Shown piece by piece: positions 1-9,596 of a DNA stretch of 64,000 nucleotides. The DNA lies in contig CAZRCD010000004.1 of the NCBI GenBank assembly GCA_964598485.1, forward strand, positions 47,516 through 111,515. Direction: 5' to 3'. Both the position numbers and the translations under genes were made by a program. Position 1 is the stretch's first letter, and every line of letters starts with the position of its first letter. This stretch comes from an uncultured Candidatus Bathyarchaeia archaeon. GTDB taxonomy: Archaea > Thermoproteota > Bathyarchaeia > Bathyarchaeales > Bathycorpusculaceae. A model generated the notes under the pieces. That model made no database searches. It was given only the letters and a program-made list of their open reading frames with translations, and was not told the origin of the DNA.

Positions 1-333
1 ATATAGCCTAAAAAGAACCACTGGATAGCCCAGTCGAGATACAGGATAACCTAAGACTCCACCTGTAGCACTACTTAGTTGACGCATTTCAGTATGCCCT
101 TTTGTAGTTGTCCGAGGCATAGCACTTGTTCTTCTCTTCATGTAGAAACCCGCGCTAACTGCCGCAACCACAGCGAAGGACCAACCGAGCAGGAAGAAAA
201 GCCATGCTTCTGGCGATGTGGGAAAAACATCAATATAACTTTGTGAATATCTGTGTGAGAGAACAAAGAAAAGCATGCTAGTGGAAAAACTTGCAATCCA
301 AATTATTTGCAAGGTTCGAGCAGACAACACCAT
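1..333 (-). CDS. Partial CDS for a hypothetical membrane protein, running off the window start so the C-terminus is missing.
   Basis: An open frame of at least 111 codons on the minus strand starts at the ATG at 333..331 and has no stop before position 1. It contains two hydrophobic helices (IIWIASFSTSMLFFVL and WLFFLLGWSFAVVAAV). The ORF track omits it because no stop lies within the window. Confidence 0.3.
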   Translation of the reverse strand, partial: MVLSARTLQIIWIASFSTSMLFFVLSHRYSQSYIDVFPTSPEAWLFFLLGWSFAVVAAVSAGFYMKRRTSAMPRTTTKGHTEMRQLSSATGGVLGYPVSRLGYPVVLFRLY

Positions 334-621
334 CGGTAATATCTCTCATATTAACATAATTGCTTTTTCTTAAAAACGTTCTCAGAACAACAATCTCTTA
401 AGGGCATCGGGTTTTTCTCTACTTTGTTTACAATTTCCAATAACATTTTTATAATTTTGCAATTCAATTTGCTTAAGTTTATCAATAGCTGAAAAAACAG
501 TTTTCCAGAACGGCAGACTATTTTGGTTTTCATTTTTTGTAGAAGGGACTTGAACCCTTTTGGGTGTTAATCCCCTCGGGCCCGCTTTAAGCCTCTAATG
601 ATTTCTAATTTATTCGTAAGA

Positions 622-1113
622 CTATGAATGCGGTTTTACACCTATAACCTTACCAACCACGAGCTTTTCTGAAATCATACCATTCCAAGTCTCATCACCC
701 GCAAAAAAATCTGCGTTCGTACTTCCATCGCCTTTCGTTTTGAAGTATATCGTTCCATTTACTGTTGTTTCATTTATTGCTCTGTGAGCTATTAATATGT
801 CAAAAGAATCTGGTTTATGAAATATTATGATGTCACCATTAGGATAAGGAGCTGCCCAGATTTCAAGTGCATTCTTTATTCTCCTTACAAAAATAATATC
901 ACCGCCTTCAAGGGTGGGCGCCATACTACTCGATTCTACCTCGAAATGTAAAATCTCTACCGGATTATCTGCTGAAATTTCTGATAGAAGATTGCTTAAT
1001 TCAGATTGAAGTCCCAATAACTGCGGTTGATATCTAACATAACTTATTTCATGACCTATCCCAATTCCAATAATTAGAGATAAGGTAACTAAGGCGGTTA
1101 ATTTCCCATTCAT
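622..1113 (-). CDS. Archaeal type I signal peptidase (S26/Sec11-like)
   Basis: An N-terminal TM anchor is followed by the SSSMAPTLEGGD box, which matches the S26 catalytic Ser motif SGSMEP. Size is 163 aa. Confidence 0.7.
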   Translation of the reverse strand: MNGKLTALVTLSLIIGIGIGHEISYVRYQPQLLGLQSELSNLLSEISADNPVEILHFEVESSSMAPTLEGGDIIFVRRIKNALEIWAAPYPNGDIIIFHKPDSFDILIAHRAINETTVNGTIYFKTKGDGSTNADFFAGDETWNGMISEKLVVGKVIGVKPHS

Positions 1114-1304
1114 TTCAGAAACACCTCTTGTAATAGATAGAGTTTGAAGTCTCTTAAATTTTTAATGAAACATTAATGTTTTAAACGCAATATGAAAAAC
1201 GGAAAGTATTAAAGACGGTTAAATCTACAAGATTCTATCAAGTCAAAAAAGACGTTCTAATACTTTTTAATCTGTTCTGTCATATGTTTATTGAGGTTCG
1301 ATGA

Positions 1305-2015
1305 ATGAGTAAATCGAAGCTAAGTATGGAAGATATTCTTGCAGTCCTGTCTAAACCTTATCCTGAATTCGAGGTTGAACGTGGAAAGGCCGCTTTGTTG
1401 CTAATAGACATGCAGAAGATCGTAAAGGCCGAGGTTCTGTTCAAGGAGGCTGTTGAGGCTGGATTGCCTGAGGATGAAGTTAGAGAAGTGTTAAGGAATT
1501 ATGATACGCGAATAAAAAGAGCAGTAGCCAACGCTCAGAATTTACTCGAAGTCTGCAGAGAGAAAAGCTTTGACATTATTCACGTGAAGTTGGAAGCACC
1601 CACTGAAGATCCTCGGCATACTGCAAAGATTAATCGTAAAGTCGGGTTGATAATCCCACCGGGCTCCATGGAAAGCGAGTTTTTTGAAGAGGTTAGACCG
1701 ATTAAAGGGGAACTGGTTTTTACCAAAACAAATGGAGGAGCATTCACAGGAACAAGCATCGACTTTGTTTTAAGAAACATGGGTGTTACTAGCCTTATTG
1801 TTTGCGGTTTCATAACGGATCAATGCGTTCTAGCAACGGTTGTCCAAGCCGCGGATATAGGGTACGATATCATCTTGGTTGATGATGGTTGTACAGCATT
1901 TACACGTGAGGCTCATGAAGCGGTCATTAACTCACTGAAAGATGTGTGTCTAAAAGTCAAAAAAACAAGTGAAGTTCTAAATTTGATCAGAAAGGTTGAA
2001 GCTACTTCACCGTAG
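1305..2015 (+). CDS. Isochorismatase-family (cysteine) hydrolase
   Basis: Has the LLLIDMQ N-terminal motif and the LIVCGFITDQCVLATVVQAADIGYDIILVDD motif, giving the Asp-Lys-Cys triad architecture of isochorismatase-like hydrolases. Confidence 0.7.
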   Translation: MSKSKLSMEDILAVLSKPYPEFEVERGKAALLLIDMQKIVKAEVLFKEAVEAGLPEDEVREVLRNYDTRIKRAVANAQNLLEVCREKSFDIIHVKLEAPTEDPRHTAKINRKVGLIIPPGSMESEFFEEVRPIKGELVFTKTNGGAFTGTSIDFVLRNMGVTSLIVCGFITDQCVLATVVQAADIGYDIILVDDGCTAFTREAHEAVINSLKDVCLKVKKTSEVLNLIRKVEATSP

Positions 2016-2100
2016 CACCATGTCCGACGTAAAACAAGGCCTTTCGTCCGCATCATAGTATAACATAAAAAGGGGGGATAGGAAAGATGTTCTTTAGATG

Positions 2101-4191
2101 CTACTTCAATTTACCTATATTATTCCAGAATCTGCCGAATAGCTTGTTGGCACTGAACTCGTAGTCAACGAAGCCTTCTTCGCTTATGCTGCTAACGATT
2201 AATATCGTGTAGCTGGGTTTCGGGACTCCGATGGTAATGCCCCATTCTGTTTCGTCGCACAGCCATATGTCTACCGGAAGATATACAGTGCATTTATGTG
2301 TTACAAAGGCGTAGACAGCTGTTACCATGAAATCGGCTTCCCAGTCAGGTGGAGGTGGAGTGTACGCAGATAGTTCAATTGGAATACCGCCTACTCTTGC
2401 CTCACTGATGTACCAACCTTCGTACGTAAAGGCCCAATCGGTCATGTAACGGAACCCAATAAGCACTGATTGTCCCTCATATCCTGAAAGGTCAAAGGCG
2501 ATTGTCAGCCAGTCCCCACTCCAGCCGGTAAGTCCTGGGAGGTTAGCAATTATATCTGGATGTGCACTTGGGTCATGGTCATATGTTGTGTATTCATTTT
2601 CAAGGGAAGTCCAAGTTTCTCCATCGTCTGTGGATACTTGTATAAAGCCGAAGTCCCAGTAATCTTCTATGTCCCAGTAGGTGTCTATCTCCAAAGTTGC
2701 GCCCGTATCTACGTATGCGGAACCAAGTAGCAGTGCGTTCAACAGGTCTGCGGCTCCCGAATGCCAGATACCGCTTGGTAGAAGTGTCCATGTCGGCGGC
2801 GGATATTGGGGATCTTGTGCCTTGTCATCTCCGTTAAAGATGATTTTGCCGATTTTTTTCCAATCGTTGAGCATAATGTAGTCTGAGCCGTAGCCTCCTA
2901 TTAGGGATACGCCTGTGTCATAACCCAGAATTGTGATGGTGTTTCCGAATTCCTCTGAGGCTCTTGTCCAGGGAACTGGAAGGCCGCTGATCTCATAGGT
3001 GCGTATGGGATCTGCTTCTGTAATATCAATCGCTTGATAGTTGTACTTGCCACAACCAGGAAAGTCTCTGCGAATTAGGTTTGCAATCCTAAAGTCGTGG
3101 AATACGTCAACAAAGTCTTTTCTAAATCCGAAGTAGTCAAGAGCTGTCTCAATTCCTTCAACTCCGGGGATTCCGGCTTGCACAAAGTGACCAAGAAATT
3201 CAGTTCCATAGTGATCATTTAAGTAGACTGACCAGAGCTGCACTATTCCATAGTCGGCGAGGATGTTGATGCCACCTTGGTCTCCCCAAACAGTGAGCGA
3301 GTTGTCAGGGGTGTACATGTAACTGTTTATTGCGCCCCAGTCAGCTCCGTAACCACATAGCACTTCTGCAAACATTGAGCACGCTTCGTTCATCCATAGG
3401 GGATCGTTTGGATTATAGTCAGCATGTATCAGGTGCTGCCATTCATGAGCAGTCACTCCCTCATATACGAAGGGGCGGTCAACATAGACTCCTGGAATCC
3501 ATTCTGTGCCTTCGGAGCCAACTCTTTTTTCCCAAGCGTAGCAGTCGATGTTAATGATGTTTCTGTCAAAGTAGCCCTCGAAGCTTCCACTGTAGAATCC
3601 TGCAATGTAGTATGGATAATCTGTGTAGTAGTTATCGTCTCTAATGTTTGACACAAGTATCACGTTTCTTCCAGTTGGCTCTTCCCAATAGTCTGAAGAC
3701 AAACCAACCATGTCGTCAAGCACAGCGGAAGAACCATCGTGAAAATCGTTCATTCCGAAGTAGTCAGTGTCTGTTGGCCAGATGTGAGTTTCGAATTGTT
3801 CGACTATGTAGTCTATTTGCGCATCGAGAATTATTGGGTATGGTCTGTCAGGGTCGTGTGGATCAGGATCGGGCCAACTCAGGTCTTCTTGCACCCAAAG
3901 CTCAGCGGTTGTTCCAATTTTCCTCAGCTGGAACCAATCAAGATAATAAGCGCCGGCGTAGTCATCAAGAAAGAGCCAGATTGCAAAGTCGCCTTCTTCC
4001 CAATATGAGTGATGTTCGCTGAATTCAATTGATCCCTCGACCACGACATCATACTTTGCGTTCCGCAGTTCTGGTGGAGCCCTCATTGCCTCGACTTGTA
4101 TTGGCGAAGATGCTGACGGTCTAACTATGATTGACATCATGCTCATCAAGAACACTGCAGTCAATAATATAGAAACAAGTCTCTTTTTCAT
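2101..4191 (-). CDS. Secreted zinc metalloprotease-like protein (HExxH)
   Basis: Signal peptide, a 696 aa Asp/Tyr/Trp-rich extracellular protein and an HEWQH zinc-binding motif (TAHEWQHLIHADYN). The family assignment, possibly M6/InhA-like, is not certain. Confidence 0.5.
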   Translation of the reverse strand: MKKRLVSILLTAVFLMSMMSIIVRPSASSPIQVEAMRAPPELRNAKYDVVVEGSIEFSEHHSYWEEGDFAIWLFLDDYAGAYYLDWFQLRKIGTTAELWVQEDLSWPDPDPHDPDRPYPIILDAQIDYIVEQFETHIWPTDTDYFGMNDFHDGSSAVLDDMVGLSSDYWEEPTGRNVILVSNIRDDNYYTDYPYYIAGFYSGSFEGYFDRNIINIDCYAWEKRVGSEGTEWIPGVYVDRPFVYEGVTAHEWQHLIHADYNPNDPLWMNEACSMFAEVLCGYGADWGAINSYMYTPDNSLTVWGDQGGINILADYGIVQLWSVYLNDHYGTEFLGHFVQAGIPGVEGIETALDYFGFRKDFVDVFHDFRIANLIRRDFPGCGKYNYQAIDITEADPIRTYEISGLPVPWTRASEEFGNTITILGYDTGVSLIGGYGSDYIMLNDWKKIGKIIFNGDDKAQDPQYPPPTWTLLPSGIWHSGAADLLNALLLGSAYVDTGATLEIDTYWDIEDYWDFGFIQVSTDDGETWTSLENEYTTYDHDPSAHPDIIANLPGLTGWSGDWLTIAFDLSGYEGQSVLIGFRYMTDWAFTYEGWYISEARVGGIPIELSAYTPPPPDWEADFMVTAVYAFVTHKCTVYLPVDIWLCDETEWGITIGVPKPSYTILIVSSISEEGFVDYEFSANKLFGRFWNNIGKLK

Positions 4192-4426
4192 TGTTTCACT
4201 TCCTTTTTCTCCTTTCTCACAATTTCTCTACAAAAATACTAATATATGCAGTTTGTGCTTTTGAATTTTGTGGAATCTTCTTCTATAACCTTTGAAATTA
4301 AGTTTGACATGTGAAAAGCCATGACTTACTTTTAGATTTGTAAAGCTGAAGGGGAAAGAATAATAGCTTGCAAGGATAATTTTTTAAGGAGGGACAACTC
4401 AACAAAACTTAGGAGAAAGGGAATAG

Positions 4427-4864
4427 ATGAAAAAGATAATTTTGGCTATAACCGCAACCACACTTATTCTATCTATCATGATTTCAGCTTGTTTAATATC
4501 ACATACCCAATCAATCAATGTTGTGCATGAAACATCCGAGATTTCAGATGAAAACCAGCAAGCCACAAGCTTGGAAACAACAGAAAATGACGAAAAACCC
4601 CAAGACAGTGGAGAAACAAGTACATCACACAACCAAGATTGTAACCTTAATGACACAGAAGAGACTGAAAACATGCAAGGCGCCGCTTTAAATGATTCTT
4701 CTGAAAGTCCTACAAGCATCAGCCAAGACGAAAATGCATGGACAGACACGCCTCCTCCAGACGGCCGTGTCTACTGGACGCCAGAACCCCCATACGCGTA
4801 CATTCCCACATACACACCAAAAGAACGGACTAGAATACCAATCATACCTATAGAACCAAACTAG
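4427..4864 (+). CDS. Hypothetical secreted or membrane-anchored protein with an acidic low-complexity region and a Pro/Tyr-rich C-terminus
   Basis: An N-terminal hydrophobic segment is followed by a Ser/Thr/Glu/Asp-rich region and the C-terminal YWTPEPPYAYIPTYTP stretch. It has no recognisable domain. Confidence 0.35.
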   Translation: MKKIILAITATTLILSIMISACLISHTQSINVVHETSEISDENQQATSLETTENDEKPQDSGETSTSHNQDCNLNDTEETENMQGAALNDSSESPTSISQDENAWTDTPPPDGRVYWTPEPPYAYIPTYTPKERTRIPIIPIEPN

Positions 4865-5128
4865 AACCAGCATGCACCATGTTGTAGGCCAAAACTTTCG
4901 TTTCAACTCTTTGCATCTTAAATTTATATTAACTGCACAGTTTAATGAAGCAAGCATTCGATCATTTTTCCACATGTTAAGCATTCTTCTGGAGCGCGCG
5001 CTACTCGAGAAAAAACTCTAAACACAGACAATTTCTCTCTCTCCCTCTGCAACAAGGTTTCTATGTTGAGAGTATATATAAGGGGGGTCTATCGCTTTCT
5101 ACTCACACGAAAGTTTCGCAAATGTTTT

Positions 5129-5692
5129 CTATAGTCCTATTTCTGCAGCGTATTCTTTGAGTCCATCAAGAGCAATCTCAAAAAATCTTTCTTTTGGAAC
5201 ATCAATTTTTTCGCAGAAGAGAATTCTTTCTCTGTTTGCTCCTCTTGCAAAGTCTTTATCCTTAAACTTCTTCTTCACTGTTTTAACTTTCACTTCAGCC
5301 AGCTTCTTCGAAGGCATAACCAAACCACAAGCCACCAACAAACCTGAAATAGCATCACAACAAATCAAAGCCTTCTCCATCCTACTTTCGGGAGCAACGC
5401 CAGTACGCTCAAAATTATGAGCCTTAATAGCTCTCTTAACCTCTTCAGAAACCATATCCTTCAAAATCTCACCAGCCAAAACACCATGCTTCTCCCAAGC
5501 ATCACCTATCTTCTCATAATCAATGTCATGAAGCAAACCAGTCAACCCCCACAAATCCTCATCCTCACCAAAATGTTTCGCCAACGCCCTCATAATGGCT
5601 TCAACAGCAACCATATGATAGACAATATTCCTTTTAGAAACATTTTTCTTAACCAAACTGAGAGCTTCTTCCCTCGTTAACATTGACGCCAC
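5129..5692 (-). CDS. HD-domain phosphohydrolase
   Basis: The H…HD…D metal-binding pattern is present (HMVAVEAIMRAL…GLLHDIDYEK…). Size is 187 aa. Confidence 0.65.
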   Translation of the reverse strand: MASMLTREEALSLVKKNVSKRNIVYHMVAVEAIMRALAKHFGEDEDLWGLTGLLHDIDYEKIGDAWEKHGVLAGEILKDMVSEEVKRAIKAHNFERTGVAPESRMEKALICCDAISGLLVACGLVMPSKKLAEVKVKTVKKKFKDKDFARGANRERILFCEKIDVPKERFFEIALDGLKEYAAEIGL

Positions 5693-5750
5693 CTGAAACC
5701 CCTGACGTTAGTTTATTCTTTTATAACTTTCTTTGTTTGCTTAGGAACTC

Positions 5751-6650
5751 TTATTCAAACTCTCCATACATCACGTTTGGACCTAATATTTCAGGATATC
5801 TCTTCCGTAACAAACAACGCGCAGCATAACACAAGTGACAAGCATCCGCATAAAATTCATCGTGCGACAAACCAAACTTCTCAACCAAAGCCACTGGACC
5901 GCCACGAACTAAAGGCTCAAGAATCGGGTTCTCATAAGGATTAAAGTCTTCAACTATTTTTGAGAAGGGCTTCTGCCAAGCATTCCCAATCGAAATACCT
6001 TGACAAACGTGAACATACCCTAGAGGGCCAATATGAATCCTTTCCGGATCAACAAGCTCTTCACAAGAACATTCTGTAAATTCACGCCAAGATTTTTTGT
6101 CTGCTTCCTCTGCCAATTTAGAAGCAGCCCTTCCCTTGTACATAAGGTCATACAAACCCACTTTTGCCCCTTCAATGTCGCTTGGACACGGAGCCTTCGC
6201 CTTAGGATATTTAATGGCAAGAATCTCCACTTTCATGTTTAACCCCTTTGCAGCCTTCACCGCATTCTTCACTTCTTCAATCTGCCAGCTTTCCCCATGA
6301 TAAAAGTCACTGCTTAAACTCAACTCAACATTTTCAGCCATCGGAAGAAGCCACACCTTAGCATCTTCTGGGCAACTAGCCCAATAACAATTCGAAAGAA
6401 CCTCCACACGAAAACCAAGCTTCACAGCCTCCTCAACAGCCCTAACCATGATAGGATAATAGAGAAAAGGCTCCCCGCCCTCCAATGAAATGGAATCCAC
6501 AGTTCCCAGCTTCTTAGCTTCCACCAGTATATCCTTTATCTGTTCAATCGTGAACACACCTCTAGCCTTTGGACTACCCCAAACAAAACAATGATCACAT
6601 TCCAAGTCACATCTATAAGTCAGGAGGAAATGAACACCCGTCAATTTCAA
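5751..6650 (-). CDS. Radical SAM protein
   Basis: The CxxxCxxC motif appears near the N-terminus (YRCDLECDHCFVW). Additional Cys residues further on suggest a possible auxiliary cluster. Confidence 0.7.
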   Translation of the reverse strand: MKLTGVHFLLTYRCDLECDHCFVWGSPKARGVFTIEQIKDILVEAKKLGTVDSISLEGGEPFLYYPIMVRAVEEAVKLGFRVEVLSNCYWASCPEDAKVWLLPMAENVELSLSSDFYHGESWQIEEVKNAVKAAKGLNMKVEILAIKYPKAKAPCPSDIEGAKVGLYDLMYKGRAASKLAEEADKKSWREFTECSCEELVDPERIHIGPLGYVHVCQGISIGNAWQKPFSKIVEDFNPYENPILEPLVRGGPVALVEKFGLSHDEFYADACHLCYAARCLLRKRYPEILGPNVMYGEFE

Positions 6651-6801
6651 TCAACATCACCCTTTCCAAACTACACGTTTAGTCGTAGTTAAATCTTCAG
6701 ATATAGAAGAAGACCTGATTTGCGCGCGAGATCGTCGAGTAGAAGAAAAGTCAAGTAACATTTTTAAAAAACTTATTTCTAACTTAATTGAAGGCGCTGG
6801 G

Positions 6802-7500
6802 ATGACGAAAAAGAAGAAAAAGGAAAGCTGGAAAGAAAAAAGACGTCAAGCAGCCATAAAACATCAGAAGGCATTAGAAGCTGAACGCTTAAAAAGAGAA
6901 AGAGAACCCGAAAAAAGCAAAGGATGGTCCCGAAGGAAAGCTCTAGCCGTTCTATTCGTGTTTCTAATATGTCTGCCTATAGGAGTCTACGCTGTCTGGC
7001 AGATGAACGGCACGGTTGATGAAGGCAGTTCAAGTTCAAACATAGTTTTGCTTAAAACAAATATGGGAAACATAAAAATCGAGTTGTATGATGATATGCC
7101 TATCACAACAGGCAATTTTAAAAAACTTGTCCAACAGGGAATATATGATGGTACTATTTTTCACAGAGTAATTGATGGTTTTATGATTCAGGGAGGAGAC
7201 CCTACCGAAACAGGATATGGAGATCCGTCAATACCCGCGATACCAGATGAATTTACAGACCATAATAGAAATGATAGGGGAACAATAGCTATGGCAAACG
7301 CAGGTCCAAACACAGGAAGCAGTCAATTCTTCATCAACCTCGTTGACAACGACTCTCTAAATGATAAACACCCAGTTTTCGGGGAGGTAATAGAAGGAAT
7401 GGATGTTGTTGACAGAATTGGAAAAGTAGAGATAGACCCAAATAACAACAACAGGCCTTTGCTAGACGTGGAGATAATAAAAGCAGAACTTATCGAATGA
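6802..7500 (+). CDS. Cyclophilin-type peptidyl-prolyl cis-trans isomerase, membrane-anchored
   Basis: A Lys-rich N-terminus and a TM helix precede the cyclophilin motifs FHRVIDGFMIQGGDPT, MANAGPNTGSSQFFINL and HPVFGEVIEGMDVVDRI. Confidence 0.85.
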   Translation: MTKKKKKESWKEKRRQAAIKHQKALEAERLKREREPEKSKGWSRRKALAVLFVFLICLPIGVYAVWQMNGTVDEGSSSSNIVLLKTNMGNIKIELYDDMPITTGNFKKLVQQGIYDGTIFHRVIDGFMIQGGDPTETGYGDPSIPAIPDEFTDHNRNDRGTIAMANAGPNTGSSQFFINLVDNDSLNDKHPVFGEVIEGMDVVDRIGKVEIDPNNNNRPLLDVEIIKAELIE

Positions 7501-7752
7501 CGCTTGCATGGCAAGGAAAAATATATTAGTTATACCAAAGGCTTTTGCTTTCATTGTTAGGTGTAGCCGAGGATGGCTTTAAGGAAGCTTCAAATCACGT
7601 GGAAAACCATTCTGTTACCAGCTTTGGGTTTGCTGGCCTTCTTTTTATACCTGTAACCATCTCAAGCGCAAACATTGAATTATTCACGTCGGAAACGAAG
7701 AAAACCTAAATCTTAGTCTTCCTTAAACTCGAGAAAGGGATGATTCCTTAAA

Positions 7753-8205
7753 ATGCTGGCGAAGATAGAAAAAGCTTCAATCGAACATCTGGACAGACTA
7801 TGTGAAATTGAGATGAAATGTTTCGAAACAGAAGCCTTCACAAAACAGCAAATAGCTTACCTGATAACTGATTCTAATTCTGTGATTTTAGTTTCGAGAG
7901 TGAAAGGTGAAATTGTGGGCTTTATCATAGGCAAAACATACATGGATAAGAAACCAGCGACTGGACAAATACTGACAATAGATGTTTCACCAAAGCACCG
8001 TCGAAAGGGAATTGGACAAAGGCTTCTGCACGAAATCGAAAAAACATTAAAAGACAAAGGCGTCAAAATATGCTATTTGGAAGTGCGGGAGAACAACTTT
8101 GTAGCGTTAAGTCTCTACCAAAAACTTGGATACAAAAGGGTTGGAAGACTTGAGAATTATTACGGTAATGCTCATGGAATACGTCTTAGAAAAGCCCTAA
8201 CCTAA
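7753..8205 (+). CDS. GNAT N-acetyltransferase (RimI-like)
   Basis: Has the acetyl-CoA-binding motif RRKGIGQRLL and is 150 aa. Confidence 0.7.
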   Translation: MLAKIEKASIEHLDRLCEIEMKCFETEAFTKQQIAYLITDSNSVILVSRVKGEIVGFIIGKTYMDKKPATGQILTIDVSPKHRRKGIGQRLLHEIEKTLKDKGVKICYLEVRENNFVALSLYQKLGYKRVGRLENYYGNAHGIRLRKALT

Positions 8206-8622
8206 CTTCCATAAGTTTAGACTTGTTTTTTCGTCAAACGCTCTCAGCAAATTCACTCCAACCCCTTCGATTATTACTAGTTCTGCTGTTGCGCCGACAA
8301 TGGAGCCTTTCATTAAATGACCTCCAAAGGCTTCACCTTTCTCGTTTGCGACAACGATGTGAGAATGAATCATAATTTCGCCTTTCTCATCAACTGTTAT
8401 GTTCCCCATGCATGAAGCAATTTCCAATGGACCATCCAATTCTATGGGCATGTATTGTCCTTCCTTGTAATATCCTATAATCACATTTTTCAAGCTTCCA
8501 ATCAAGATGAAAACCCCCGCTTTTACTCCACTTTCCTCAACCCTTTTCTTGACAGCTTCAGCCAAATCTTCACCTTCAAACATACGGGAAAAACAAATTC
8601 TTCCAATCTGTCCCTCCAACAT
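8197..8622 (-). CDS. PPC/DUF296-domain protein
   Basis: A 141 aa beta-rich protein matching the PPC domain pattern (…GSLKNVIIGYYKEG…EIASCMGNITVDEKGEIMIHSHIVVANEKGEAFGGHL…). Confidence 0.5.
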   Translation of the reverse strand: MLEGQIGRICFSRMFEGEDLAEAVKKRVEESGVKAGVFILIGSLKNVIIGYYKEGQYMPIELDGPLEIASCMGNITVDEKGEIMIHSHIVVANEKGEAFGGHLMKGSIVGATAELVIIEGVGVNLLRAFDEKTSLNLWKLG

Positions 8623-8705
8623 TTTTTTATCTCCAACTCATCTTTTAACATGACTTTCCATTTAAACTTTAGTAGTTCCAATCATTTGGAGACGTAAACT
8701 CTAAA

Positions 8706-9011
8706 TTGTTGGATAACAAACTGTTAAGTAGTGGAGAAATCTTGACTGGCAAGAAAACTAGTGAAACACAAGGGCTTATCAGAGCAATTGTAGTTCTTAT
8801 CCGCAATACTACATGGAAATGTGGAAAATTGGAACGGTCAATAGTGGGCCATCTCAACAGGAGAACCAAGGGATTCGGGAAACCTCAAATGACCGTAAAT
8901 GATATGATTCACAATTTCAAGGTAACTGGCAAAAAGAAGAATGAATTCTTGGATGCTCTAAGAAGGCTGGAAAGAAGGAAAATAGTAAGAATCTTAAGCG
9001 TGCAAATCTGA
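8706..9011 (+). CDS. Hypothetical protein
   Basis: A 101 aa ORF with a basic C-terminus and no recognisable motif. Confidence 0.25.
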   Translation: MLDNKLLSSGEILTGKKTSETQGLIRAIVVLIRNTTWKCGKLERSIVGHLNRRTKGFGKPQMTVNDMIHNFKVTGKKKNEFLDALRRLERRKIVRILSVQI

Positions 9012-9033
9012 ACTTCTAGTGAAGCGAGGCTTT

Positions 9034-9477
9034 CTAAGATTTTTCAGCAAGCTTCTCTGCGTTTCCAATCCATTTTTCAGTGATTTTCGGGGAAATCTTC
9101 AATTCACTAGCTAATTCCTTGGCTGAAGCCTTAGCTAAGTCTTCTATAGTGTTGATGCCTAAGCCTTTGAGTTGTTCCGCCCGCCTTTCTCCTATGCCTT
9201 TAACCTCTGTAAGCGGCGCCACAGCCGATGTAGCCTCTGTTGCAGTTTCTTCTTTCGTAATCGTTATTGGGGTGGTTGGAGCTGGCGTGGGTAGCGACTC
9301 AACTCTTGTGATTTTTGGTCTTTGGGAATAGCCTAGTCCAATGAAGAGGAGCCCTAGAACAGCTGTTGTTATAACTCCCAGGTTTCTTTCAAACTCTGTT
9401 AGTTCCAAAACGGAGACTGTTCCTGTTATTATGAAGAATATTATTGCCACCGTGTAGAGGGCATAATCTGAACGCAT
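9034..9477 (-). CDS. Membrane protein with a C-terminal helix-hairpin-helix motif
   Basis: Two N-terminal TM helices and a Thr/Pro linker are followed by an HhH-like motif (VKGIGERRAEQLKGLGINTIEDLAKA). Confidence 0.45.
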   Translation of the reverse strand: MRSDYALYTVAIIFFIITGTVSVLELTEFERNLGVITTAVLGLLFIGLGYSQRPKITRVESLPTPAPTTPITITKEETATEATSAVAPLTEVKGIGERRAEQLKGLGINTIEDLAKASAKELASELKISPKITEKWIGNAEKLAEKS

Positions 9478-9596
9478 ATCGTTTTTCTCCTTAACTCCAT
9501 CTATTGTTCTATGGAAGAGTTTAAATAATTTTCTGAACTTTATCTGATAAAAACGCGGAAATTTGGCATTTTTGAGGTTATTCCCCTTCGATCTGA

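Noticed and set aside
351-533. A 60-aa minus-strand ORF
   Set aside because: It is at the length threshold, has a Cys/Lys-rich translation with no motif, and overlaps the tRNA-like fragment region. It is probably noise.
3330-4022. Several 70-125 aa ORFs (3330-3554, 3424-3651, 3648-4022, 3739-4008) inside the metalloprotease gene
   Set aside because: They lie antisense or out of frame within a well-supported 696-aa CDS. They have low-complexity, Arg/Ser-rich translations typical of spurious frames.
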